64,000 bases of DNA from a virus. Below, piece after piece: positions 49,101-56,912 of the stretch; within the stretch, counting starts at the first letter, position 1; each line of letters opens with the position of its first letter. The stretch lies in IMG/VR virus record IMGVR_UViG_3300042946_000249, one strand, 5' to 3'. The position numbers were made by a program, and so were the translations under genes. The notes under the pieces were generated by a model. That model searched no databases. It had not been told where the DNA came from and saw nothing but the letters and a program-made list of their open reading frames with translations.

Positions 49101-51744
49101 CAAGTCTACATACATAGACAAGAATGGTGATATTAAACTGGTTAAATACCAAGGGTCTGAAGAAAGTACAAAAGAGTTCTTTGGTAAGGTGTTTGATGCT
49201 GCACTTGACAAGCAGAAGGTGAACAAAGCTGAACTTCTTGAAGCTGTGCAAATTCTTTCCCTTGGACTAGAGGATTCAAATAACTTATTAGACAAATACG
49301 CAAACCTTCTTGATGTTCTTCTAGAGGATGTGAAAGACTCCTCAGAGTTTGAGAACAAGGTGATGCAAGAACTTGAAAGACTGGGAGACGCTAACTTACA
49401 AGCTAAGTTGAAAAACAGGTTTGTAAATGATATGTACAAGCGCTCTTTAGAGAACGAGTATTACAATGCTCTTGAGGAAATGATCACCCTCCCTGAAAAC
49501 TTTAGTCGTCTAATTGCTCCTGTAAACGATGCTGGTCTTTCTGATCTAGCTACAGAGCTTGATACTCTTAGAAAAGAAGATGAAACCACCATACCAGGTA
49601 GATTGCTCAACCGCAACTACATGACTCCTCTTAGAAATGCATTTGTCACTGCTAAGAAGTGGGTGGGTATTTCTGCTGTAAACATTACAGGTCAGTCTCT
49701 TACACAGAAGGCTGAGGTGTATGTTGACCCTGCTAGAATTGAAGGATTGCCTGATTTTGACAAGAAGATACTTGGAGATGGTAAGGTGCTGCTTCCTCAC
49801 AACAAGGTGGTTGTTGATGGTAATGAGTACATATCTATCTCTGGTAAGATGACTGAAGATGGTACACAGTACATATCTGATAGGCTCTCTGGATATGCCA
49901 CATCATTTGTGGATGTAGCCAAAGATCCTTACATCATGAAGATCATTGGTTCTAATTCTGTTGTAGGCACATTCATGTTCCTTGAGAGAATAGGCGTTGG
50001 TGAAAACACCATATGGTTCCTTAACCAACCTATCATCAGAGAATACCTAAGCTACCTAGATAGCATTGGTAAGAAAGGATTGTTTGGTAAAAAGGATGGT
50101 GAATACATCAGAAGCATGTTCCCAACATCTGTAAAAGATGCAACATTTGATCCTAGTACACTAAAAGAGAACATCAGCAAGTATTACGATAAGCAGTTCA
50201 ATAATGAGGACAATGCTACTCAACAAGCAATATTCACTGAGTTCCTGAAGTATGCTAAAATGGCTGAGTATAGCTTTAAGCTTACACAGGCTTCCAACTA
50301 TGACACTACTAAATTTAGGAGTGGTGATGAGTTTAGTAGGAAACAAACCAGAACAGCAACAGCTAGAGACAAAAACATTTTCTCATCTGTAGATAAGGTG
50401 TTAGACTCTTCCTTTATAGGAAACCAGGCTAAGTTTATTGACAGCGCTATGTCATCCTTGGGAGAGATTATCAAAACTGAGAAGGATGACTTTACTATCA
50501 TCACAAACGATGTTATTAAACCATTCCTAGAGAACGAGTTCCTTAGTGCAGAAGACTTTAACAAGGTGGCTAGCAAAGCTAAGACATCGTTCATTGACTA
50601 TATTGTGCAGACACAGAGTTCTTTGAACACAGAGATAGAAGCTCTTGTTGTGTCAAACAGTTCTGTAGCAGACCAATTGGCTCAAGCTAAGAAAAGACGT
50701 CCTGAGATGAAACTTCTTAATGAGCTACAGGTGGTAAGTTCTGATAGAACTGGAGGAGCTAAAAGCATAAGGCTTAGAGCTAATCTGAAGGATGCTTTTG
50801 ATACAGACATGTATACAGACATGATGAGAGAGTTGAAACTGGTAGAACCAGAGTTGTACAACGGTCTTGTTAAACTGTCTCTGCTTCAGGGTACATATCA
50901 AACAGCTATATCTATTAGAAATATTATACCTGTAGAGGATTTGTCTCCAATGATTAAACCTGTAATTGATTCTCTCACATCTACAGAAGAGGTGAAGAAC
51001 TTTACCAAAGGAGCGTTCTACAGAAATAACTGGAAGGACAATACAATTGTACCTTTTGCACAGCCTAAATTCTTTGCAGCTTCTGAAACACCTTTAGGAG
51101 AAGATCCTTCTGGTAATGAGATATATCAATACTATTCACCTCTGTTTCCTAACATAGAATACTTTGGTATACAATCTTCAGATCGTAAAGTGTTGTTACT
51201 CAGTGAGATATACAATTCTGCTGAAGTGAAGTATGACTTTGTAAAGGTACCTCGTGTTGTAACGGACAAGAAAACTGGTGAGATGATTGACATGGTAACT
51301 GGTCAAACTGTAACCCGTGCAATGTTTGCTAGACAAAAAGCCCAAGGTGATTTGTCTCTGAAGGATGTGTTTGGTTATCAAAAGGTGAAATACGCTAACG
51401 GTGAACCTCTTGTAACATTTAAAGGTGACCATGTATACAAACTGGTAAACCTGTATGGTGATGGTCAGCTTGTTTCTGAATACTATCTAGAGAGCAAACC
51501 TTCTGTTCTGAACAACGGCACTATAAAAGTGGATAACGAAATTCCTGATGCTGAATTGATAAAGTTCTTTGGCGCTGAGGAAGTTGTTGTACCTTTACAA
51601 GATACTAAGGTGACTACACCATCTGGGAACTTAAAGCTGAAAGATGGTAACGAATATCCAATATCAGATATAAACGCACAACTATTGGAGAAGATTGGGT
51701 ATACACCTAAAGAAATTGGTAAACTTTTAAAAGCAATCTGTTAA
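40132..51744 (+). CDS. giant virion protein (3870 aa) with DFDID (DxDxD) motif; candidate virion-packaged RNA-polymerase-like cargo protein
   Basis: GSDFDIDKMNTYLKS at nt about 49066 (about residue 2980); Gly/Ala-rich hydrophobic N-terminal region. Confidence 0.6.
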   Translation: MPELPINLSGTPTYKRAAGASPDNLSVANREYNPLNDTSLNYVTPKKSGYDASSITMAEAAADRTGRYKTVMYGYDNEEAAAQRQSILDKGANGILKGVNLTATTIAGGFGMLYGAARAPFSGRLADIWDNSVMRGLDEWNKEVDDKILPNYYTKAERDSAWYSPDNWFTANFLFDKLIKNSGYAVGAMLSGNIANAGLLRAGAALGRVASAGAVAAESSQAFKIFSPLLRNTSRAFSAGKNIEAAAVLEKQLSSIADVTARSSELAKIAKTTGTFAEFGNSARRTAIAAYSSAGEASFEALQTGNQFRDSLIQEYVDKYGEQPAGDVLEEINKRADQVGKTSFFGNLALLGATEYVQLPYLLGSSYRNTRQAAGVFAGKVDDVLTKTPSTKLGKVYEKATSVGRYVFDPKEAGQEVGQYALQVGTQNYFSKAAESDDADVWVDGFLYGFVGKDEEGKGEGALVSKEGMESFLLGGLTGGPLQARAKAQEKRAKTENTQRFLDQIGRAPSFKEAFQDRMSSVNRGVVLQQQHEAAIVTGNELEARDLKTDMMHNYLAPRIKYGRFDMVMEDISELREMSSSETNLAELKAQGIANVNDTVDSFQKRLNNYERVAKNTNEIYNGLYIRYSGERLEDGNPKYSPYVLDKMAYAASKIADYDLRIPQLNNILTEKSIIVGNLLDDVLKGKRPSRQATAEILNNINDLSTTSDVKDGLKTALQDIISLGERRRIFMDEYEDIKQNPLNYETDPEFNIGDKVEIPVSVGEPEKKVEIGKEYSLDKSMMKEGSALYMAPKLTVLSQTLGGELEVKMPGGKIKFIAPEDLKGYNLSEEDNTSKELADIMDESIDAVLKKEEYKDLPEMKDGDSKLGYINSLADQALTDDVEAEFNRRTEEFVKRKEEERKQQEELIKNRAALEKQQTELEAKSGTIATPPPPTPEELQTLAATQGKLKSAFKLFISGTTPTERADEPVHIRNSREFLNNVKNFKNKGNLAAILVTPNQEAALGLSGLTALSYGTEDSSDATNVETGLVAQVFVEQENGKTYFVNKNGERIGEIGKPVDIQQVIFQTMPTPSLYDRSGKPRFRADEMADAEAASKGWAAKRVEIFESPAFPVKAYRFSISRGIPVLNVVDGRYERNQIGDILIPESKIATQEGLLQVVTQGSVVHNGENIKFNNGLTVLQYGDTLQIVNNNRLGDKKANAVYLAIKTMMDEFQQTKKLNPNLASYIQNVLFWRKTATTSGNQIFINTSSGEVSLGGKNYTPADLVNKKDEIVDMLKEAFHSINNSTLRDRFYEPFYEYSVENDKLVEQEWPNYQSYLLSKKGRSADQTPLVTSVAKPTEAIPYSYKQKYATLIDFELPMIQAPAPAAATKEAVAEGKATLGDFVMDGETKNTFTGFKTGPIDFTGTIDDKGDISVDVLSNDTIINAAKNGKLVNETVVPALKEANQFDASADDIELVTMFVAGKLAIELKALQPVAEVKEAAPVSTDAKADINRIVDAFNPEDNFKSPVDAWSVVIEDDKGNLVKPEIIVEIKGIDYTKKELLDIEDPENPAVEETLNEIDRLQKLLEAELAALEGAKPAEGTYNPEGTGAPQDDYMRVGVKEAGAEMLTGAQIELFKIWAAEKVPGIPYEVLDNIVNTYDNQKAWGVFENNVAKFYKGAPGTTPYHEVFEGIWKGFLTPEQRQLILDEFKSKTGQFTDRASGKKINYADATDQQAKERIADDFGAFRVGRLPARSLGERVLRFFKDIIEFFKSFVQKPSMKEELFKAIEAGKFKDAILPASIAASTPEYMRIPGLTETQAYEFVQDMTARVANYIFGDSKKSLYDIKKITGKEIFDKIKEAYASKAENKYEKLGEERFNQLVIRTKEKLRTLGINFNDEDTVDINDENVSNRDYAPEPFSTDWKKTSPFPVKLVAATLPEVKPTNQQTESSLKLPERQTSSVLGLKLASFGRVFNTLLDKVSNTTNVNLVKNKLVDLAKSDGTFVRFFQRIGGDLNNMDFKLSSREDWRLFINFYQTFTKQKPNADIQYFDGNSVYTAPANQFTASKLLQSEWFENMKALADDPSSIIKRKKQNFEVDKSKLPGAVPKQPEAMVNFLADLGVSFPLSAYTSLNRNQKDDFGKAVGGIYTYIQKNTEVGTVTGKTLGINPQLSDLANLYIKVTNPSQDTTYFGVENQRIQSYAENNVPSVMENEFNSVETVEELKQLRPELNDVFSTNSITLKDGGNFYNLEGQRYKTIKVGYIQGRKTVDTDKGVTTSKLTLGDRFTQEINENLNGDYYILVPADGSTEWKINLGNHMSFVDIAGGRAWNKIYSIFKGYLQDEVALALDYENREKLKNVGDKAKQLRFFKEILKEKNVTAIEKMIANGSTQDQINEYIDKNIDDINAAVADFINNTVEETTTLLINNNQISQVKEGQYSYPGLQDKFATANDINKFNMSEQDVKNLLTFVNANYVINNIELHKFIFGDPYEFAIKNGKLDETKRIKSFLSPRRITFDSPEYNSFLNDDYNTASGVKLTPNDPGYHLHKSYTNTITLADINLSSELYPKINEADAASFIMDTTYREVKLKNGQWIDEISEPWHQWQMAYTRNKLAAKGEYTYTSDRLQKADAELISKPEPAFVTEVLKPIVSGVKAAETKIDNVLDKFSQMPLYYKDVEGRNLEKLYIKMWKENIGYAVFESGRKLGATELYSLYNSNGDINDKPFTKEQIVKVPWKAYGIQVENAYENPKDQTRGSQLTKLSSLDLFSDGKGTEQAKKAYERNLKALNALHEDGYKTLLDKLGIEDLGDGFRLVDPAAVQETLEYELLRREMAENAKDTIKRDENGQFIIPFEASPAYKQIKDILFSIVNKSLVSPKMNGAPKVQVPVTGWEKQNRKSGKPNPELKFYTKEDPYMEVLLPHWFRGKFNKKKFPNDEAILKYLNTSPEGKSILSGVGFRIPTQSMSSIEVFRVKGFLPQSMGDTIVVPSEVTAKAGSDFDIDKMNTYLKSTYIDKNGDIKLVKYQGSEESTKEFFGKVFDAALDKQKVNKAELLEAVQILSLGLEDSNNLLDKYANLLDVLLEDVKDSSEFENKVMQELERLGDANLQAKLKNRFVNDMYKRSLENEYYNALEEMITLPENFSRLIAPVNDAGLSDLATELDTLRKEDETTIPGRLLNRNYMTPLRNAFVTAKKWVGISAVNITGQSLTQKAEVYVDPARIEGLPDFDKKILGDGKVLLPHNKVVVDGNEYISISGKMTEDGTQYISDRLSGYATSFVDVAKDPYIMKIIGSNSVVGTFMFLERIGVGENTIWFLNQPIIREYLSYLDSIGKKGLFGKKDGEYIRSMFPTSVKDATFDPSTLKENISKYYDKQFNNEDNATQQAIFTEFLKYAKMAEYSFKLTQASNYDTTKFRSGDEFSRKQTRTATARDKNIFSSVDKVLDSSFIGNQAKFIDSAMSSLGEIIKTEKDDFTIITNDVIKPFLENEFLSAEDFNKVASKAKTSFIDYIVQTQSSLNTEIEALVVSNSSVADQLAQAKKRRPEMKLLNELQVVSSDRTGGAKSIRLRANLKDAFDTDMYTDMMRELKLVEPELYNGLVKLSLLQGTYQTAISIRNIIPVEDLSPMIKPVIDSLTSTEEVKNFTKGAFYRNNWKDNTIVPFAQPKFFAASETPLGEDPSGNEIYQYYSPLFPNIEYFGIQSSDRKVLLLSEIYNSAEVKYDFVKVPRVVTDKKTGEMIDMVTGQTVTRAMFARQKAQGDLSLKDVFGYQKVKYANGEPLVTFKGDHVYKLVNLYGDGQLVSEYYLESKPSVLNNGTIKVDNEIPDAELIKFFGAEEVVVPLQDTKVTTPSGNLKLKDGNEYPISDINAQLLEKIGYTPKEIGKLLKAIC

Positions 51745-54700
51745 TGGCAACCTGTCCAAATACAAATCTTGACTCTTGGAAAGAACTAGTGGCTTCTAAA
51801 GGAGAGGATCTTGCCTACTATCTGTGGGACAAGTATGATGGTAATATTCCTGAGGATGCAACTGTGCCCACTCCTGATTCTCCTGTAGCATCTCCTAAGA
51901 CCATTGCGTTGATCAAAGACTTCATCAAGCGCATTGGTGTGGACATTAAGGTGTTGAAACAGATTGAGGTGAATGGTGTGAAGTATGATGACAAGGGTGC
52001 TGCACTTGTGATGCAGAAACTAATACAAGTGGTTGAAGGTAAAGAGGCTGAAGCTCTTCCTGAGGAAGCAATGCACTTTGCTGTGTCAATTATCAAACAG
52101 ACCAACCCAGCATTATACAAGAAACTACTAGGTGAAATTAACAACTATCGCATTCTAAAGGATGTATTTGCTACATATAGCAAAGATCCAAACTACCAAA
52201 TAGATGGTAAACCTGATGTTGTCAAACTGAAGGAAGAAGCTATTGCTAAGGTGTTGACACAGGTAGTTATAGATAAGAACGAGGGTAACACTGAAACCCT
52301 TCAGAAGATAGCTAATGTAGAAAGCTGGTGGCAACAGATTATAAGAGCCATCAAGAATCTATTTGCTAAAAGTGGATTTGACCAACTCGCTATAGACATC
52401 ATGTCTGGTAATGAGATTGGTACAGCTGAGGATATCAGAGAGGAGCAAGACGCTATATTTTTCTCAAAGAATCCTCAAGAATCTATATTCGATAGGATTA
52501 GAGAGGTGTCTGGAAGAATTGAGAAGAAGGAGGATGGTTATTACATTGATGGTAAGAAGATAAACAGAAGGGTTACAGACATTGTAAAAGATTGGTATTC
52601 TAGAAGGTTTAACGATAAAGATCTTACCAAAAGTGAATATGCTAAAGCTGTAGATGATTTAAAGCGTGAGAAGGGTACAGCTGGACACGCTGATATAGAG
52701 AACATGTTCAAGGTGTTTGTAGATGAGAACGGTTACCTAAGAGAAACTCCTTTGGATGACTCTACGTATGTATCTCAGCTCAACCCATCTAATAGAGACA
52801 TGTACAACTCTCTAAAGGAAAATATGGAAGCTAGACTTAAGTCTTTCCCTCAGGGTACAAGATTTATGTCTGAGATAACTGTGTACGATGCTAAACGTGG
52901 ACTGGCTGGTACAATAGACTTCCTTGCAGTGACACCAACAGGTGAGACTAGCATATTAGACTGGAAGTTCATGGATCTGAATGTAAACAAGTATACAGAC
53001 ATTCCTTGGTATAAGGTGAATGCTTGGAGACAGCAGATGGAGCAATATAAACTCATCCTACAAAATGTCTATGGTGTTAAACCTCAGGACTTCAGACAAA
53101 CCAGGATGATTCCTATACAGGCTGTGTATTCACAGGGTAATGCCAAAATTAACATTCTACCTCAGTTGCTTAGCGTTAAGATAGGAGATGTGAATGTTAA
53201 GAACATTGCAGATGACTACTTGCTTCCTGTAGGACTGGAAGGTGAAAAGACTGGTAATAAAAAGATTGATGCATTGATTGAGAAACTCAATGCTGTATAT
53301 AAGAAGTTCTCTGAGAAGAAAGTGCTTCCTTCAGAGAAGTTAAGTAAGGCTGAGCAACTTAATGAGCTGTTTACAGCTATCAGGCAGTTGCAAATTAAGG
53401 GCAACCTTAAACCTTTGCTTAGACAGGCTAAGATATTGAACAAGCAAATCCAGAAAACTATAGAAACTTACAACAGTAAGTTTGCTGGTCAAGATCCTTC
53501 ACAGTTTAGCCAGAAAGAAATAAACAGTTTTGCTGAGGAATTACAGACAGCTCAGGATGCTATCAACACTTACGTTAATCTCGACACAGACCTTAGAGGT
53601 CTATTTGTAGGAGAATTATCTGAGGAAGATAGAAAACTTAAGGATGATTTAAGAGATGCTGCTGATGATGCCAGAGATATACAATCAACTTTGAATGACA
53701 TCCTTAATGATTACACTTCTGAGATTATTGCTAAGAGTGAAGGGGTGGATAGTTTACTGTCTCCTGAAAAGATTGTAAAGGGTATTACAAAACTGTTTGC
53801 ATCTACAGCCACCATACAGCTAAAAGCTATGGAAGTGTTGTACAAGAAAGCAAATAAAGCGTTTGCTCTTGCAGGTTATGATACACTAACAGAAAGCAAA
53901 AAGCTACAATCTCTGAAAGAGGCCTATGATAAATGGGCTGCTTCAAAAGGACTTTCACAGAAAGACTACTTTAACATTATTAAGAAGAAGAAGAGTAACG
54001 AACTGATTGATGAATTCAATCCTGAGTTCTATTCCACCCTTAAGAAGAACATAGAAGAGAAAGATTCTCAGTGGGTTAGGGACAACATCAATGTGTCTGA
54101 GTACAATGAGTTCTTAAAGAAAAAGTTAGAAGAGGAGTTTGAGAGAATAGAGAACAAGCACAGAGTGGGTACAGAAGTGGAAATTAATTCTGAAATCACT
54201 CGTGAGAAGAATCAGGCAAAGTTGCTCTACAATACATCCACTACAGAAAGTGCTGGATGGTTGCTATACGACTTTGTGAAACTGTTCCCTAAACGTGAGA
54301 CCTGGGAGTCTAAAGAATGGAAAGAGCTTAATAATCCTGCCAATAAACCTGCTCTAGATTTCTACAACTACATCAAAGAGAGAAACGAAATCTACCGTGA
54401 GTTGGGATATATAGGAAGAGCTGAGGCTCGTACATTCCTTCCATTTGTAAGAAAGAGTCTTGTAGAGAAACTTATTACAGGAGGGAACGTAAGACTTGGC
54501 GAACAGTTCTTTAGAGATATATCAATCGATGAGGGTGATATAGGATATGGAAAGATTGATCCTCTAACAGGTAAACCTATAGATGCGCTTCCTAAGTATT
54601 TCACAAAAGAAGTGGAAGGGGAAGTGAGTGATGACTTGTTTAGAACTATGGCTATGTACAATGAGTCTGCCATCAGATACCAATATCTCAGTGAGATTGA

Positions 54701-56432
54701 GGATCAGGTGAGAGCACTTGTAGCTGTAGAAAGAAATAAAAAGGCAATCGCTACATCTGTATTTGGTAGAACTGAATATAAAGATGGCGTTCTTCAATAC
54801 ACCCCAGACAACAACGAGAACACAAAGCTTGTTGAAGACATGATGAAATCCATCATCTATGGTCAGAAGTTTGTACAGAGTGAAACCTTTGACCAGCTTC
54901 TAGGTAACCTTGGTAAATGGGGTGAAACATTGAACACTAAACTAGGTATGAAGGTGTTCCCAGAAAACCTAGACGGTAGACAACTGAGTGTTAATAAGAT
55001 AATCAATCAGCTTAACAACACCTTCCAGATCACTACATTAGGATTGAACGTACTGTCTGCAACCTCCAACTTCTTTGGTGGTAATGCTCAGTCTGTAATC
55101 AATTCTGGTAAGTATTTTACCAAGACAGACTATCTATCTTCTGAGGCAATGCTGTTTGTTAACAAGTTTGCTAACGTTGATGATCAAAAGAAACTGATTG
55201 GTGCTCTTGAATACTTCCTTCCTCTGACAGAAAACTACAACAGGGATGTGGCTAACAGCCTATCTCTCAATAAGTTAAACCAACAGAACCTACAGGACTT
55301 CTTGATGGTGCTCATGAGGAAGTCTGACTGGGCTGTACAGACAGCTAACTTCTACTCCTTCCTCAAGAACACAATTGTACAAGATGGAGAGGTGGTGAAT
55401 GCAAGAGAATTCTTGAGATCTCAACCTAAGTATGCAGAGAAATATGCTGGTACAGTGGAAGATAGGAAAGCTTTTGAACAAGAGTTTGAGGCTGAAGTGA
55501 AGAGTCTTGTAGAAGAGAAGGGTATACTAAAGGTTGCACAAATCGTTGATAATGAATTTGTTATACCTGGTGTAGAAAGAAAATCCGACAGTGTTGTTAG
55601 GCTCAGAAGGAACGTACAACAACTTACAAAGGATGCTCTTGGTAACCTGTCTGAGGATGATTTGAGAAAGATCAACCTCACTATATACGGTAAGTCATTC
55701 ATGATATTCAAGAACTGGATCCCTCGTCTGGTAGATGTACGTATGGGTAACCTTAAGTATAATAATGCTTCAGATGCCTATGAGTGGGGAAGGATGAGAA
55801 TGGTGTTCCGCATGTTGTCAGAAGACCTGATAGGAAGCCTTAATAATCTGTACGGCTCCCTTGTAGCTAATCAGAAGGGTGTTGATTTCATGAGAGAGCT
55901 ATTTGAAAAGAAAAGAGCTGATTATGAAAAGGATACAGGCAAAACTCTAGATATGACAGAGGCTGAGTTCATGGACCTGGTGAGAAATAACCTCAGAAGT
56001 CAAATGTACGATGTTATATTCCTAACAACTATGTTCATCCTCGTAGCTTCTCTCAAGGCAAACATGCCTGATGATGAAGAGGATGCAGCTACTAAGGCTA
56101 GATATAGATTTATGGTGAAGGCTGCTGATAAGTTTAAGGATGAATTGGCATACTTCTATGACCCCACTAGCTTCCAAAACCTCGTATCTAGTGGCATATT
56201 CCCATCCTTAGGACTTGTAGACAACTTTAAAAAGGGCACCGTGAACTTCTTTAAAGAAAACTGGGCTCTTGCTACAGGGGATGATGAAGCTGTTGAAGAA
56301 ATCAAGGTTATTAAATACTGGCTGAAGACATTCCCATTCACAAATCAGATGGCTGGATATCTCCCAATGTTCTATCCTGAACTAGCTAAAGACCTTGGTT
56401 TGAGAGTTCAATCTAACTACGGAATTAGATAG
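51744..56432 (+). CDS. giant virion protein (1562 aa), TAATG-coupled to the previous gene
   Basis: ORF track. Confidence 0.55.
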   Translation: MATCPNTNLDSWKELVASKGEDLAYYLWDKYDGNIPEDATVPTPDSPVASPKTIALIKDFIKRIGVDIKVLKQIEVNGVKYDDKGAALVMQKLIQVVEGKEAEALPEEAMHFAVSIIKQTNPALYKKLLGEINNYRILKDVFATYSKDPNYQIDGKPDVVKLKEEAIAKVLTQVVIDKNEGNTETLQKIANVESWWQQIIRAIKNLFAKSGFDQLAIDIMSGNEIGTAEDIREEQDAIFFSKNPQESIFDRIREVSGRIEKKEDGYYIDGKKINRRVTDIVKDWYSRRFNDKDLTKSEYAKAVDDLKREKGTAGHADIENMFKVFVDENGYLRETPLDDSTYVSQLNPSNRDMYNSLKENMEARLKSFPQGTRFMSEITVYDAKRGLAGTIDFLAVTPTGETSILDWKFMDLNVNKYTDIPWYKVNAWRQQMEQYKLILQNVYGVKPQDFRQTRMIPIQAVYSQGNAKINILPQLLSVKIGDVNVKNIADDYLLPVGLEGEKTGNKKIDALIEKLNAVYKKFSEKKVLPSEKLSKAEQLNELFTAIRQLQIKGNLKPLLRQAKILNKQIQKTIETYNSKFAGQDPSQFSQKEINSFAEELQTAQDAINTYVNLDTDLRGLFVGELSEEDRKLKDDLRDAADDARDIQSTLNDILNDYTSEIIAKSEGVDSLLSPEKIVKGITKLFASTATIQLKAMEVLYKKANKAFALAGYDTLTESKKLQSLKEAYDKWAASKGLSQKDYFNIIKKKKSNELIDEFNPEFYSTLKKNIEEKDSQWVRDNINVSEYNEFLKKKLEEEFERIENKHRVGTEVEINSEITREKNQAKLLYNTSTTESAGWLLYDFVKLFPKRETWESKEWKELNNPANKPALDFYNYIKERNEIYRELGYIGRAEARTFLPFVRKSLVEKLITGGNVRLGEQFFRDISIDEGDIGYGKIDPLTGKPIDALPKYFTKEVEGEVSDDLFRTMAMYNESAIRYQYLSEIEDQVRALVAVERNKKAIATSVFGRTEYKDGVLQYTPDNNENTKLVEDMMKSIIYGQKFVQSETFDQLLGNLGKWGETLNTKLGMKVFPENLDGRQLSVNKIINQLNNTFQITTLGLNVLSATSNFFGGNAQSVINSGKYFTKTDYLSSEAMLFVNKFANVDDQKKLIGALEYFLPLTENYNRDVANSLSLNKLNQQNLQDFLMVLMRKSDWAVQTANFYSFLKNTIVQDGEVVNAREFLRSQPKYAEKYAGTVEDRKAFEQEFEAEVKSLVEEKGILKVAQIVDNEFVIPGVERKSDSVVRLRRNVQQLTKDALGNLSEDDLRKINLTIYGKSFMIFKNWIPRLVDVRMGNLKYNNASDAYEWGRMRMVFRMLSEDLIGSLNNLYGSLVANQKGVDFMRELFEKKRADYEKDTGKTLDMTEAEFMDLVRNNLRSQMYDVIFLTTMFILVASLKANMPDDEEDAATKARYRFMVKAADKFKDELAYFYDPTSFQNLVSSGIFPSLGLVDNFKKGTVNFFKENWALATGDDEAVEEIKVIKYWLKTFPFTNQMAGYLPMFYPELAKDLGLRVQSNYGIR

Positions 56433-56495
56433 TACATAACGCTATATTATATCACTTATTTTCTCATAACTCATTGAAAATACATTACTAACAAC

Positions 56496-56503
56496 TAATT
56501 TTG
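56496..56503 (+). promoter_or_regulatory. candidate -7 box TAATTTTG 5 nt upstream of the ATG at 56509 (would give a near-leaderless mRNA)
   Basis: TAnnTTTG match. Confidence 0.25.
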
Positions 56504-56508
56504 CTAAT

Positions 56509-56904
56509 ATGCGTACCGCTGCAATTTGCCCAACATGTGCTGTTTTTGAGAATGCTTTGTGCATCCTCTATAACGGTGAATATTTGCCCAATATTGACGT
56601 AAACCCCCTAGACTCTCTAGAGGTGGCATTGGAAAAGATAAATGACAATCTAGTTCCTGTAACAGGATCTGGTGCTCCTACAGCTGGAGCCATCTATCTT
56701 GGACAACTTTACGTGAGAACTTCTGTATCTCCAAACCTGTATTTTGCTAAGTCAGTGGGTACAGGTGCCTTGGATTGGAGGATTCTTCTTTCTATTCCTT
56801 ACACAGGAGCCCCTGAGTATGCTGACAATGCAGCTGCTATTGCTGGTGGTTTAACAAATGGTCAAGTTTACCGTACAGGTGACGTGTTGAAAATCGTACA
56901 TTAA
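56509..56904 (+). CDS. small fibre-associated protein (131 aa) carrying the shared N-terminal anchor module
   Basis: CPTCAVFENALCILYNGEYLPNIDVNPLDSLEVALEKI aligns with the giant fibre N terminus. Confidence 0.5.
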   Translation: MRTAAICPTCAVFENALCILYNGEYLPNIDVNPLDSLEVALEKINDNLVPVTGSGAPTAGAIYLGQLYVRTSVSPNLYFAKSVGTGALDWRILLSIPYTGAPEYADNAAAIAGGLTNGQVYRTGDVLKIVH

Positions 56905-56912
56905 TCTAAGAC

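Noticed and set aside
13834-56460. 12-nt match GCTATATTATAT in the leaders of genes 13931 and 56509 as a shared late promoter
   Set aside because: More than 100 coincidental 12-mer matches are expected in 64 kb, and no further copies were seen before other virion genes.
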